Made by a program: the position numbers and the translations under genes. A DNA stretch of 59,966 nt, the filler included, from Dimargaris cristalligena (Eukaryota), in NCBI GenBank assembly GCA_003614675.1. It is 4 parts of 4 records of this genome, joined end to end, with 100 filler letters (N's around TTAATTAATTAA, not from the genome) between each part and the next. Parts side by side here need not be neighbours in the genome. Positions count along the whole stretch, not along the records: positions 45,086 to 59,966 come from ML002926.1; 3 more parts are not named here. The stretch is one strand, 5' to 3'. This document shows, one piece after another, positions 46,235 through 58,665 of this stretch. The notes below the pieces were generated by a model, which searched no databases, was not told the DNA's origin, and saw only the letters and a program-made list of their open reading frames with translations. Each line of letters begins with the position of its first letter. Position 1 is the stretch's first letter.

Positions 46235-47200
46235 TTATTTCTTACGTTTCATTTTTTCCAATTCCACCTGGGCCCGCTCTTCCTCTTCGGCCGCTTGCCA
46301 CTCCTCGATTAATTTCTCGGCATTGACCTTTGGTTTCAACGTGAACGAAATGCGTTTCCCGGTATCCTCAACCTCGGCCAGCGGATCGGCGCAGAAGGCC
46401 AGCGTTTGGATAATACGCCGACGAACGACTTCCTTTTCCTCGGCGCCACGGGGTGACCGGGCCGCCGCGGGGGTACCCTTGTACACGATGGTGAATTTGA
46501 CGGGTCGGTGTTGTTTACCGAAGAAATGGAACGCGCGACTGAGTTTGTGTTCGAGGTCGTGGTCGGTGATGGTGGAACCGATTAATAATTCGGCCGGACC
46601 TTCTTTCCGCTTTTTACTCACCGCCCGACTGCTACTACTGCTGTTACTATTGCCATTACCACTGCCCCCGGAGGTTGCATCGGCCGAAGCCGAAGCCCGT
46701 TTGGCCCGGTCCTGGAGGGCGGCGTTGGCCATGATTTTACACTTGGGTGGTTGGGCATTGGGGTCCACTTGGACGAGCGTATATTCGGCCGGGTCGAAAC
46801 TCGCCAACGCTTCGTCGAGGCGGCGGATACCCTGCAATACGCCGTGTTGGTCAATCAGGGTGACCGTGGGGGAAGCGATCTGCTCGTTATAGAGTGGTCC
46901 ACTCCGCTGCCGTTGGGTGTCATTCGACGGAAAGGGGGAGGGTGGGCGACGGCTGCCGTAGGCGCCTCCTGGGGCCAACGACGGGTTGCCCGGGTGCTGG
47001 CCACCCGACAGGGGTTTGCCCTTCAATTCGTTTTTCACGTAGCGGCCCTGGACCATGGGCTGGTGGCTGAAAGGCCGGAGGGCAGTCGTGGTGAGGAAGA
47101 CGGTGGTGGTGGTGTTGGTGGAGGGAGCGGGATGGGGGAGCCGCCACCAGCGCCAACTGCCGCGGGCTAGAGTGGCCACATGAACGGGGTTTAAAGTCAT
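46235..47200 (-). CDS. Mitochondrial translation initiation factor IF-3-like protein
   Basis: 321-aa ORF with an Arg/Thr-rich presequence. IF3 N-domain-like LYNEQI..VTLIDQHG..LDEAL..LVQVDPNAQPPKCKIM and C-domain-like ELLIGSTITDHDLEHKL..VKFTI. Confidence 0.75.
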   Translation of the reverse strand: MTLNPVHVATLARGSWRWWRLPHPAPSTNTTTTVFLTTTALRPFSHQPMVQGRYVKNELKGKPLSGGQHPGNPSLAPGGAYGSRRPPSPFPSNDTQRQRSGPLYNEQIASPTVTLIDQHGVLQGIRRLDEALASFDPAEYTLVQVDPNAQPPKCKIMANAALQDRAKRASASADATSGGSGNGNSNSSSSSRAVSKKRKEGPAELLIGSTITDHDLEHKLSRAFHFFGKQHRPVKFTIVYKGTPAAARSPRGAEEKEVVRRRIIQTLAFCADPLAEVEDTGKRISFTLKPKVNAEKLIEEWQAAEEEERAQVELEKMKRKK

Positions 47201-47961
47201 GGTGTATTCGTAGGATGGTAATTAACTACGGAGAGGCTGTGGAAATGTGTAGAAAAGGAATAATAGATTTTGGCTGAGAATTGGTTGAAGAGGGGATTCG
47301 AGTTTCATTACTTCTGCCTATACTACTTCCCCTTCTCCCAATGTGGGAAATATACCCGCACCCCGCCAACGCCCACCTTTCTACCATAGTCTTGCTTTTA
47401 CTCCTGTCTAACCCATACTGGTTTCACTTTGGTACTAATTGACTGGTCCACGTACAGCTGTGCAGTAGGGCAATATGCCTCCATTTCGTCATCCGGATGG
47501 TCAGTTTATAATATTATTTATATTGCCCTATTTGCCTCTCTTATCTGCCCAGTCGACGGAGTTTACCCGTCAAACCGTTAGCCACCAATAACCAGCCTAA
47601 TAGTTCATCACAGGGTCGGACAATCCCCAGCCACCCTGGTATGGTTACAATCATGGGGACGCGGAATCTAATTTAACGTTAATAACCACATTTGGGCTGG
47701 CATTGATTTATTTGTGCCCGGGGTTTTACAAATAGTACTATCCGGATTAAGCCTCAGTTATTTATTTAACAATACGGCCCTCGATCGGTATCAGGCGGTG
47801 GATTGAAAAATGTCATGAAAAGTTACTCTAATGGGACTGGTGCAATTACATTCCAAACGGACTCTTTTTTGACATTCTCCCTACCAAGCCTTTTTTTTTA
47901 ATCAACTAGTCGGCGAGTTAGCTAGTCCAAATGGACTAAACCCTGATGATTAACCTAGAGT

Positions 47962-50502
47962 CTACTTTTCTTCCGAAGCTGGTGCGGAGTCCCTTCGCAT
48001 GCCTATCATCGAATGTAATAGAACGCCCGTGGCTACGCCCACGTTGAGACTATCAATGAAATCCACCGGCATGGGGTTGGTTGATTGGACCCTAACTAGC
48101 TTGGTACACTGTTCGGCGACACCGGCACGTAGTCCCTCGCCTATAATATTAGGTAAACGAATAAAGAAATGGTTAGGTATGGTATGTTTAACATGCTAAA
48201 CATTCCCAAGACTACGCGGTTACTGCCATATTGACAGGCGCAGTACCACCACCACCCATCTAGTTCAGCCCATGGGCCTTTGGAGTAGCACCATTGCTTG
48301 TCCGGAGTATAAGCGGGTCCATACTCCTCTCTATCCATGACTATATAGATATGTGGGGTCCACCGAATCAATGATTACCTTCGTTACCCACGACCAGGAT
48401 AGTAGGGCCTGTACTGAGACCCAGGGAAGAAACGTCCAGTAGAGGCTTGTCTGTAGCCTCAGTACATGTCGCACCCATCGTTGTCCAACCGGTTTCAACA
48501 CAGCGCTTAAGGAACCGAGGCAATGTACTAGTTGAGTACAGTTCCACACACTCTAGAGCACCCGAGCTGGCCTTGGCGACCACGGGGCCCAGAGGTGCAC
48601 TACAATAGTCGCCAATTAACAATAATAATAATAATAATAATGGTGTGTATATCCATGCCCAAAAGGGGTGGGGGGGATATAGGAGTGTGACGGGGTGAGT
48701 CAGTGGCTCTATGTAAAAATAAATAAAGGGGCGTAGTGGGAAATGAAAGCCCATAAAATAAAAGAGAAGGTGACTCAAGGGCATCCAAAATAGGATGTTT
48801 ATATAGGGGAAAGGGGATCGTCTGACCCTCAATTTACCTGTTTCGACTGCACACGACTACGCCATCAACGCCGAAAAAGTAAGCCGACCTAGAAGACGGT
48901 TAAAAAATCGAATAGGGTATATACTGCGGTATGAGTCCGGGAGACCCTTTAACAAATGTAGACCAAGGTTCTCTCTCTAATATAGCAATTGGTAGGTAAT
49001 TCGGTAGCTCAACTCGGATTGGGACATTTTCCCAACTGGGGTGTGATGGTGGTGGGTGAGGGTTGGACTCCATACCCCACATTTCCCTTTCGCCGTAAAG
49101 ACCTACCGTAATATGGATCCTAAATTTTGGGGGTCCATGATGCTGTCGAGGGCTAGCCAGCATGGTGGTTTGGCGGCATCGTATTTGATGGGTTTGCCTT
49201 TTGCCGGATGTACCGAATAACTAGACGATTGGCCGAATGATAAATGCGAGAAGTTGGGGTATTTGGTATATATAATTTCAATGATCACGCCATCAAGTAG
49301 TTGTGGCAGTATGGCCAGGATTTATCAAGATCCATAATCAGTAAATTGATTGAATCTATTCGGAAATAAGGGTGGCGGTGGTTCACTTACCTGCCGCTCG
49401 TCCATTTAGAGAGGTAGGCGGTGGTTTCCACGGGAAGCGGGCCGGCATCGAGAATGATTCCCTGCATAAATTGGCCAGCCGATAATTGGACCTGAGATGG
49501 ATTAGTTTATTGGTGCATTGGGTGATTGTAGTGGGCCCAACATGGCTAACCGTGAGGGCATGGTATTTCAGGGTAGGGGGGGTTCTAATAGGAAGGCGAT
49601 GGCCATTAAATAAATCGAAAAGTACCTGGTGGGGCCGGTTAGCGCTGAGCCTATTCAAGCTCATTTTGGACTGATAAACGACTGGGATATTGGCTGCCCG
49701 GGCCGCGTCAAGAATTTTACCGAAATTCGGGCTAATAATGGCCAGATTGGGTAATCGGGCCATCGGGTAGGAATGTCGGAGAGGTGGGGAACAGTACACA
49801 TGGGTATAGGTGTGTAGGGGGGTTTAGATTAGATACGGCGAGAAATATTGCACGTTGTAATACTGACTGGTTGACTAGCTCTACTTAGGGACTGATTATC
49901 CAATGGAAATTCCATTTCCAGTGCCATTTGGCCCTGGGATGGTAGGTGGGGGGGGGGCTATGGGCGCAATCCTGGCCCAGGAGCGGGGTGGGGAACGTAC
50001 TTGGTCTTTTCGACAATGTCATTGGAATCCTGACGGAATACCTGTCGGACGGTTCGTCGGGGATTAGATAGGGCAGCCCGGGCGGCAGATAGGCCGTAGA
50101 TATAATCGGAGTCCGTTTGGGTGGGCGGTCTCCGGGGTGGTTGGCTACGTTGACGCAAAGGGTTGTAATTGATCAAGGCCGGGGCGGGGGTAGCGGTGGC
50201 GTAAGCAAGTAAGCAATTATGTGATATATAGTATCGGTAAGTGAAAAGGCGGTGGTCGTCTACGGGGCAAATGGAGGTTCGAACCTCGGGAAGAGTGGTG
50301 GCGCCTTTGGCCAGGCGTACGTGAGTGTGGGGCAGGTATTGCAGTCAAGGGGAGGGGGCGGTAGTACAAGTTTTTTTTTGTCCATGAGGAGTGCTATGTT
50401 CTACCTGAATTGCCGGGTTGGAACGGTTATTTGTGCTCTAGCGTGGACTTGTGGAAGACCGGATCCGTGTAAACGGGTTTTCTGAAGAGGAAGACGGAAC
50501 AT
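47962..50502 (-). CDS. MRM1: Mitochondrial rRNA 2'-O-methyltransferase Mrm1/Pet56 (SpoU/TrmH family), 8 exons
   Basis: Exons on the minus strand: 50502-50405, 50144-50001, 49731-49626, 49461-49391, 49220-49107, 48888-48838, 48599-48379, 48140-47962; frame continuous. Presequence MFRLPLQKTRL..RQFS, then YIYGLSAARAAL, NRPHQGIILDA, LDSIMDPQNLGSILRSAYFFG, VAKASSGALE, LVVGNEGEGLR and DSLNVGVATG. Confidence 0.9.
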
Positions 50503-51269
50503 AGCGAACGTAAATTCGGGTTAATTAGAGCGGAAAGTGTAGTGAATGCAACGAATTGAGGTAACCACTGATCCGAAGAGGCCAAGACAGAAACTGGATT
50601 CAATGGCCAATATGAACCAACGAGCCGGCCCAGTTTTTCAAAGTTCGAAGGGTGTAAGGTGGCTGGATAGAATAAGCCTGGCCTTGAATGCGGAGGACTG
50701 CCTGTACTAAAGATCTTTCGGTTCTAAGCACCTAATAGTCCGCTGGGAGAATCACGGGGTGCTCAGGGTAAATAAAGGAGCCCTTTGTCTTGGTTATGTT
50801 GCCCAGCTGCATGGAGGGGTCTCTGACTGTCACATCTCGAATGAACAGTGAAAACGCAGCTTATCAAGTCTTGTCTGGTCTATAATAGCTGGGCCTGGCC
50901 CCAGAAATGGCCCCTCAATGCCATCCACATAGGCACCTGTCACGCTGTTTAATATATAATCGCCTACACCTCTCCCACTCGTTGTCCGTCTCTGTTCTTT
51001 ATATTGCTGTAATGTATACTGTAATATATAAGCTCCACCCCCTCCCCTGTAGCTTTTAGCACCTGCTTTCCTTTCTCCACCACCAATCGACCCTTGGTTT
51101 CTTCTACTTACTCCTCCTTTTGGTGCTCTCCGCATTCCCTACTTTCTTTCCCCGGACCATTCCTCCTAACTCTCTCTATCAGCCCTTTGCCTCGGCACAT
51201 ACGCCTACTAATACGCACCAGTATCTCTCCATCTCTATAAATATACATATATCTCTCTTCCCACATTCT

Positions 51270-52010
51270 ATGGGTGCCGCAGAGTCCCACGAAGCCCGTC
51301 CGTTGGCTGAAGGCCGCCCTCGCTCTACCGGCGCCGGCTCCTCCGACCTCCCACGCGAGCAGCGAACCCCTTCGTCCTGGCCCATCCGCCCAAACCACTC
51401 GTCCCCGACTTTAGCCGAGGAACCCCCTCCGCCCCCCTATTCGGACTCCCCGCCGGAAGACCCCACCGCCTGGCACCCGCACCCAGTACAACCCCATCCC
51501 TTGCCTGCGTCGAATACCCAGGTGGGCTGGAAGTTTGGGTCGCCTCCCCCCACCCACCACAGCGACTACTTTCCGGGTATGCCCCAGGTCCCCGTCGCCC
51601 AGACCAATTGGTTTGCCCAGCCTTCGGGGGCAGCTATGCCGGTTGCTGAACGACCTTCCGGCTCCGGAACCTACCCCCACTACCCCGCCGCCTCGTCTTC
51701 TCCGTATATACAAAATCCCCCGCTGCAGTCGAGCCAACCATCGGGCACCTACGGCAGCTTGGCAACGGGAGCTGCATCGGCTTCCTTTCCCTTGGGGTCC
51801 GGCAGCCATCAGCAACCGGCCTACACCGCATATCAGGTCGTCCATGTCCATCACTATGGTTTGTGTTCCCGCGGCGGCGACCACGAACTCCAAACCGAGT
51901 TTACCCTGCCTGGGGTACTATGTGCCCTCTTTTGTTTCCCCTGCGGAATCCCGTGTTGCCTTTGCATGACCGAACGGCGCTGTGTCAAGTGCGGCGCTCG
52001 ATTCGATTAG
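51270..52010 (+). CDS. BRI3-like (DUF2367) Pro-rich membrane-associated protein with a Cys-rich C-terminal domain
   Basis: First in-frame ATG at 51270 (MGAAES...). Contains a PPPPY motif and ends CSRGGDHELQTEFTLPGVLCALFCFPCGIPCCLCMTERRCVKCGARFD, as in Brain protein I3-like proteins. Confidence 0.75.
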   Translation: MGAAESHEARPLAEGRPRSTGAGSSDLPREQRTPSSWPIRPNHSSPTLAEEPPPPPYSDSPPEDPTAWHPHPVQPHPLPASNTQVGWKFGSPPPTHHSDYFPGMPQVPVAQTNWFAQPSGAAMPVAERPSGSGTYPHYPAASSSPYIQNPPLQSSQPSGTYGSLATGAASASFPLGSGSHQQPAYTAYQVVHVHHYGLCSRGGDHELQTEFTLPGVLCALFCFPCGIPCCLCMTERRCVKCGARFD

Positions 52011-54249
52011 TCAAGGTGGCGTTTCAGTCAAGCAGCAGCTCTCTGGTCTTTACAGTCTCCGTGTCGCGAATGGTTATGTCCGGCGCCCCATTGTTAACCA
52101 GCGTCTGGGGATATATATAGCGGCCGCCGGGGGGTTTTTCTCTCTTTTCCACACCCACTCTTGCGATAGATTCATTTCCCCAGTTCACAGTTGGGCCGTA
52201 GTGCTACTGCACGATGGCCCAGTTTTCCGTCCTTTCCGCGTACCTTTGCGATGAACCACTGTTCCTTCCCGGAGCTCGTGCAGCAAGACTATCGCCACGG
52301 TGTAGACTATTCTAACTGCGTTTTGCCCTACTACCCCCCTCCTTCTCTCCCACTCTCGCCATTCACTCACTACAACTCTGTTATTTACCGACCGTACTGA
52401 CTGGATTCCCGTCGGTTCGGTTCGGATCGGGATTCTTTTAACTACCCCTCTATATGCATGCATATACCCACCATACTATGCCAATGGCATTCTTGTTATT
52501 AGTAGTAGTATTTCTATTCTCTGTCCTAGTCCGACATTCATCCCATACCCTTCCTCTGCTTTGGATTCGAGTTCATTGTAGTGTTTTTCCCCCCGTTTCG
52601 TTTCGATTTTGTCTATCGAGTTTCGCATCGTCTACACTAGCTGGTGGTTGGGGGGGGATTAAAGTGCTACCCCTCACATACCCCTTGGTTTGGGCCACGC
52701 TATGAAGCACCCTGCCTCTAGATCTGGACCAGACTGTCCTTGCCTAGTTCCCCCGCCCATATCTAATTCCAGCGATCGTATCCATGGTGGTTTTTCTCTA
52801 CATAGTCACTGCCACTCTCGATGGCCCCTCACTCCCTCTATCGAATTATCCTTGATTCTCAGTAACGATGGCTCATTGCTTCCACTGTACCCATGGCTAC
52901 AGTGGGTTTATATTCCTTTTAGTTTAGTCTCATGCTCTATACGCCTACGATAACCATATGCTAGACCATTGGTGGGTAGGTTGAATACCCTACCCTACCC
53001 CACCTCAACACCCTACTCCTTTAATGTTAGTTGTCTTCCTGTTTTATTCTAATGGCTAGATCCCAATAACATCGCTGTACTAATAGTATAACCGACACAT
53101 ACCTAAATAAATACCCAAATTTGTCGAACACTCAAGCAGTAGTATCCATCCCCCGGGAGATTTCGCTAGATTCGGTACTATTCAGCCATCGGCCTATAGA
53201 GAGGCCGCTTTAGTCTGGCATACGTATAGGAACATCTTGGAATTATAGCAGACTAGCCGGGACTCTCCTGCTAAGTATGGGTTAATGGATTTTGCCTTGA
53301 CCTATTTCACTACTTGGCTTTTCTTCCCAGAACAGTGGTACCGAGAGCCCTAGTGCATCTGTAATGAGGTCATTTACTATATCCCGCCCACTGCTATTGG
53401 CATGCATTCACTGTGTGGCTGTGTTACGTTGGCCAACATCCAGGAACTCTTGGTGAGCCGTGGTTTTCCGCCGGCTTTTCAATCAGCGTGTCCCCCGATT
53501 TGAGACCATGGGATAGTTCGGTCCTAACATTCCGTCACGATGGCCTTTAATTCCGCGCTCCCTATCCTATTTCTGCTCATTAACTCAATTACCCGTGGTT
53601 ATTAGGCCCGTAGCGTTGCTTTGGTTAGACTGGCCCAAAACTGGGCCGTTGCCCCTGAAATCGCCCGCGATAAAGGTGTATGTCACACCCCTGTGCGTAT
53701 TAGTTAATGACACCGAAAATTGGACCAGTTCCCGCCGCCATGGTCTGCGTCACGGCTTGGCTTGGCTAGCCACCAGATTTTCCACACTAGATCCCTGCAA
53801 GGTTCTTTTGAGAGTTCTATAGTTGGTCTTGGGACCCCCTCACCAGCCGGCGGGGGTTTCTCCCCTGGTTCCCGCTATTTTTCTGGTAATGGTTTCCTCA
53901 CTCCATGATTGACCCCCCCCTTTATTTGTGCGCGGGGTTACACCCGCTTCAAACTGGCTATTCCTTGTCCTCTCTTCCTTCTATTTCAAAAGTTCTCCGT
54001 TGTCCTTAGTTTGATACTAGTTTCTCATCTCTATTTTATTTTTTATTTCATTCCCATTTCTTACTTTGTATATTTACTTATAGGCTTAGCAGTTTATCCG
54101 CACTTCTCCCTAGACTTAGTTACCTGTTCTTTTTTTCGCCACTCCCCCTACTCTCGCTCTCCTTGTTAGATTGCTTCAGCTATAGTTATTTTCTACCCAC
54201 GTCGCCCGCCTTATATTATCCCCCTTATCATGTACTAATATTACCAACT

Positions 54250-55905
54250 ATGGCCGCTGAGTTAACCCGTAAATTAAGTCGCCGCGTCGAACGCCGTTAC
54301 TCAGTGAAGGCCGTGTCCGACGCCTTTGTAGAGTTTGAAACGGTACTTCAACATCCTCATACCACTGCCCATGAGCCCTACCGGATCCTCGATGCCTGGG
54401 TCAAGAACATGGATGCCCAATTCTCCCTGAACGGGGGTTTCACCAACCCCGACTGTCCCCACGCCTTTCTGGTTCTGCTGGAATCCCCGTTTTTCGAACT
54501 CAATGTGCCCACTTTTGTGAGTTACATCTTGGCGTTTTTTCAACAAAAGGTCACCCGTCGGATGGCCTGGGTCTTACACCTCCTTGCCCTAGGCACCCAG
54601 TCCCTCGTTCCCGAACTGCTCACCCTGTTAGTTGACCATTCCGCTGTAGCCCGGCTAAAAACGTACATCACCCGGGACTACGACCGGTCACTCAAATTTC
54701 CCGCCTTGACCTTACTCACTAGCCTGTGTCTGGAAAAAGTACTGCCCTCGGCTGATTTTGATGGCCTCGACGAAAACTTTATTGCTTATTTATTATATAT
54801 GATTGAAAAGTCGCGCTTCTCCCACGAGCAAATTAACGAAGCTGCGTCTAAATTAATACTGGCCTTGCACCACCAGTGCGGACGTCGACCCCTACCGAGG
54901 GGACCTGTCATGGTCCGGTCTGTGCAAAAACCGACGGCTGTCGCTGAGCCAGTGATTGTGGGGACCAATGGTGGGGGTACTATGCCCAGTCCAAGCCCCA
55001 GTCCCAGTCCCACTCCCCCTGCTTCCGCCCCGGCGCCATTGGTCGAAAACGGAACCCACCATCCTTCTAAGAAAAGGGCCCCGCCTGTGGTTCCTCGTAG
55101 ACGAGCCCCTCCGTCTCAGCGAATGGTCCCATCCCATTCGGATGGCTCCCGCCCCTGTCCTACACCACCCCTACGACGCCCCCCGCCGCCACCTACTCCC
55201 GTCAAATCGACGGCCGATGTCGCTGCCCTTGCTTCCCCTCCCGTCAATGGTACCCCCATGTCTCAGCGCTGCGTATCGGCGTCCAATTCCCCATTGCAGC
55301 CACCTCTGCAGTTAGTAATCCAGACTCTATGCCGAGAACGGGACAGCTGCCTCACCTTTTCCGAAAACCTCATCTTTATGTTAAATCGTGAAAGTAAGTA
55401 GTACGTGCTTCCGGGCCCAATTCGTCTAATAGAGACCCCTCTTTGCCAACTGATCATCCTTGCGATGGATTGTCATTCGTTCGTCAGTGTATTAACCCTC
55501 TCCACCTGTTGTTTTGAATCATCCAATCTTCTTCCCAATCTAGGCGATCGTGAGACCATCATTTCTATCCTTAAATTTATCACGGCGCTATTGACCACTC
55601 CTGGAACCTTTACCTTTTTCTTCACCAATGACCTTAATGTGCTCATTGATGTGATCATTCGGGAGCTTTACAATCTGTCTTGCGACGCGGATGCCCTCCG
55701 GACGGCTTACCTGCGACTCCTGCCCCCTATTATCCTCAACACCCAATTTACGGAAACCCGCCATAAGGCGGCCCATTTGGCTACATTACTTCGTACCTTG
55801 GCTAGCCGTGCCAGTTTGGCCGCCGTGTCCTCCGAAATGCGCCGTTTAATTGTCCATACGGTCAAACTTTGTGAAGACCCCTTGGCCTACGGACCCCTAC
55901 TTTAA
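54250..55905 (+). CDS. LDB17: Ldb17/Dip1/SPIN90-family Arp2/3 activator (DUF2013), 2 exons
   Basis: Exon 1 54250-55393 (donor GTAAGT), exon 2 55544-55905. Motifs KLILALHHQ, TFSENLIFMLNRE, FFFTNDLNVLIDVIIRELYNL and LRTAYLRLL..NTQ. Confidence 0.85.
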
Positions 55906-58044
55906 TATCCGAGAATGCCTTATTTTTTTAATAGTAGAAAATATGGTTTTCATTGAGGGTATGCCTGCACCTCTCCCTTCCCTTTAATTTTCGTGGATGG
56001 ATGTTGGGTAGGTGTGGCACGTTTAGGTAGAGAGCGTATACTATCTTTTTTTTTTCTTGCAGAACCAATTAATAAATTACTGTGTTGTTTTGTATTTTAT
56101 AATATCATTTCCCTAGTGACATCAAACCGTTATCACCGGTTTTCCGTTTCCCTCACCGCTTGCCAATTAATGGATCATTACACTTTGGTAAATAACTCGG
56201 ATGATTACTAGATTAAATGGGCCACTGATATACTAATCCTGAAACAATAAGGGTAGTTACAGTGGTCAATTGAGGGATATGCAGCTATTATACCCTGGCA
56301 TGTTGTTTTTAAAGGGTAACTGGGCTGATTCTTTTTTATTTTCCGCCTACAGAATAGAGGGATCGCCTCGCCAATGTGCTAAACTATTTATGCCAATGTA
56401 GACCTAATAATGATACGAATCGCCATTAGCTGAACCGGGATCTAGGCAACCCGATTTGTGGAAGATGTCTACATTTCCCTCAACCTCATTATATAGTATG
56501 GTTAGATTACAGTCGACAGACTCCGTGCCATGCAGGTGTGGAGTGAAGCAGCCTTCTGGTATCTTGGAGTAAACATACTCGCTGGATCCCCGTTTGGCCT
56601 GAGTCCGCTTCACAGTTGGTGTTTTCAGAGACTTCTCGGTACCAAGTCTTCGGGATAAACGCACCGAGCCCCCCCTGGTCAGTCGAGCTATGTGGTCCCC
56701 ACTTAAAGATTATAGGGGGTCCCAATAATCCGTGTAAATGACCGTAAACACAGTATTCTATTATGTCTTGGACTAGGGTTGTTGCTGAAAGACCATTACG
56801 CCTTTAGGATATCGTTGGTTTGTTCATATGTCATTTTATGTTACAGTCTCTGATGGGCTATTATATAACTATTAAATGGCATGGTAAGGAGGCCAACTCC
56901 TCCCCTCCCCGCAAATTGAAAACCTGCCCTTAAATATACACTATTAAACTATGGTCATCGTCCGTATTTTCCATAGTCTGAGCCCCACAGTAATTACCCC
57001 CCTCTGGCTCCCCTAGGGACTGATAGCCTTTATCCCGACCATGTTTACATATAGTAATATAACCTTACCCCTTTAGTTTAGTATCCAGCACCAAGGCGTC
57101 TCTGTATATATCTAGGCATCCACCCTTGAGTACTAAATCCTTATCGGCGGACGCCCCGGGGGTTTTTAGCACTTCTCTATTGGAATCTTGTGTGATATTT
57201 AAAGAGTTGGCTATTGCTATGGTCGGAACTACAAATGGTCAATGTTACCAAAGTAATGAAAAATAGAAATTAATAGATATGAATTAGTCACTGCTAGTTA
57301 GTTAATTTTTAAGGCAGCCATACACCTACTGATCACTCCTGACCATTGGCGGGGCTGTCGAAGCTTTGGCATAGCATCAATTTATGGAAGTGCCTGGCCT
57401 CACCATGGCATGTACAGCATATGCACGCAACAATGGTTAAACAGAGCTGAATCGATGGCGTGACCAGATAAAAATAAACCAAGTGGTGTACTCATTGCCA
57501 TAGTCTCAGTGAAAATAATCCGGGTTTTCATGATCGACATTAGAGAAGATAGCCGAACTCTCTCTCTCCATATATATATATGTTTTGGCTGGTCCCGCCC
57601 GACATAGATCTTTTATTTTACGGCACCACTTGCCGAGTGTAGCATGTTAATTAAAGATGGGACATATCAACAAAGATTCTGTCATTGGTGTTTAATATTG
57701 ATAGATGGTTATTCGTTTTTTTAATCTGGCCGAACTTTTAGTCACCTGCACTCAAAATCACTATTTTTAGTAGATCTTTGATCCGTAAACTCAATTTATG
57801 CCATCTCATATTAACCATAAACGTACTAAAATAATAAGCCCCACTCCCTAGAGAAACCTGGATTAGTAGGCCATCCAAGACGAATCTTGTTCACACCACT
57901 AGGGAGTAAATATGAGCTCCAATGTATATCCACATGGCATTGAACTCCATGACCCTGAAATGGGTGGGATACTCTGAACATATGAATATGTTATTGGATG
58001 GCTACTCAGGAGTGCCTTACCAAGCTCCATCTACATACTATGCT

Positions 58045-58634
58045 AATATCACCTGTGAGTTTACCACTCTTAGTCCATCAAGAGTCCTGGGGATAGGCTT
58101 CTAACAGTAGGCGGGGCTTTAGACTCGGCCAAGTGGGCTACTAGTATTAGGTATGGGGCACAGTACTAACCAATAAAGGCCTAGGTAATTAGGTATGCAA
58201 GGGATATGCAGCAGGCACACTTACGGGTCAGTATGAGGGGGTGAGCATATATGAAGTTTATTGGAGTAAACTAGGGGGTAAGAAATATGCTAAGGCATCT
58301 AACTGGTCCCAATGGGCCCAGTTATATATATGTGGGGATAACTCCAGAGGGAGGTCCCAAGGGAAGACTATAGGTAACTAAGGTATATAGTAAGAATAGG
58401 CCAACCAGATGGCTACTAGTATCTGGAAGTCTCTCAGGGTAACCAGAAGAGTCCTCAGATCAACATGCTGAGTGATTAGTGTGAAGAGCTGGAGTCTGGA
58501 AGGGGAAGGGTTATGTGATATATGGTGATCCCATAGTACCAGGGGTGACTATGGGAAGGTTAATGTAGTGCTATAAGGCCTAATAAGGGTGGACAGCCTG
58601 GTATCTGGATTAAGGTGGATTAGAAGGGCTGACA
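58045..58634 (+). mobile_element. Degenerate LTR-like repeat, segments B+L, copy 3
   Basis: 58045-58120 matches 45086-45160 (reverse complement). 58113-58634 matches 14241-14755 and 44157-44672 (reverse complement). Confidence 0.75.
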
Positions 58635-58665
58635 TTATGTTGCCCAATATCATAACAATTGATAT

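Noticed and set aside
50274-50287. GAGGTTCGAACCTC palindrome resembling a tRNA T-arm/B-box in MRM1 intron 1
   Set aside because: No cloverleaf could be folded on either strand.
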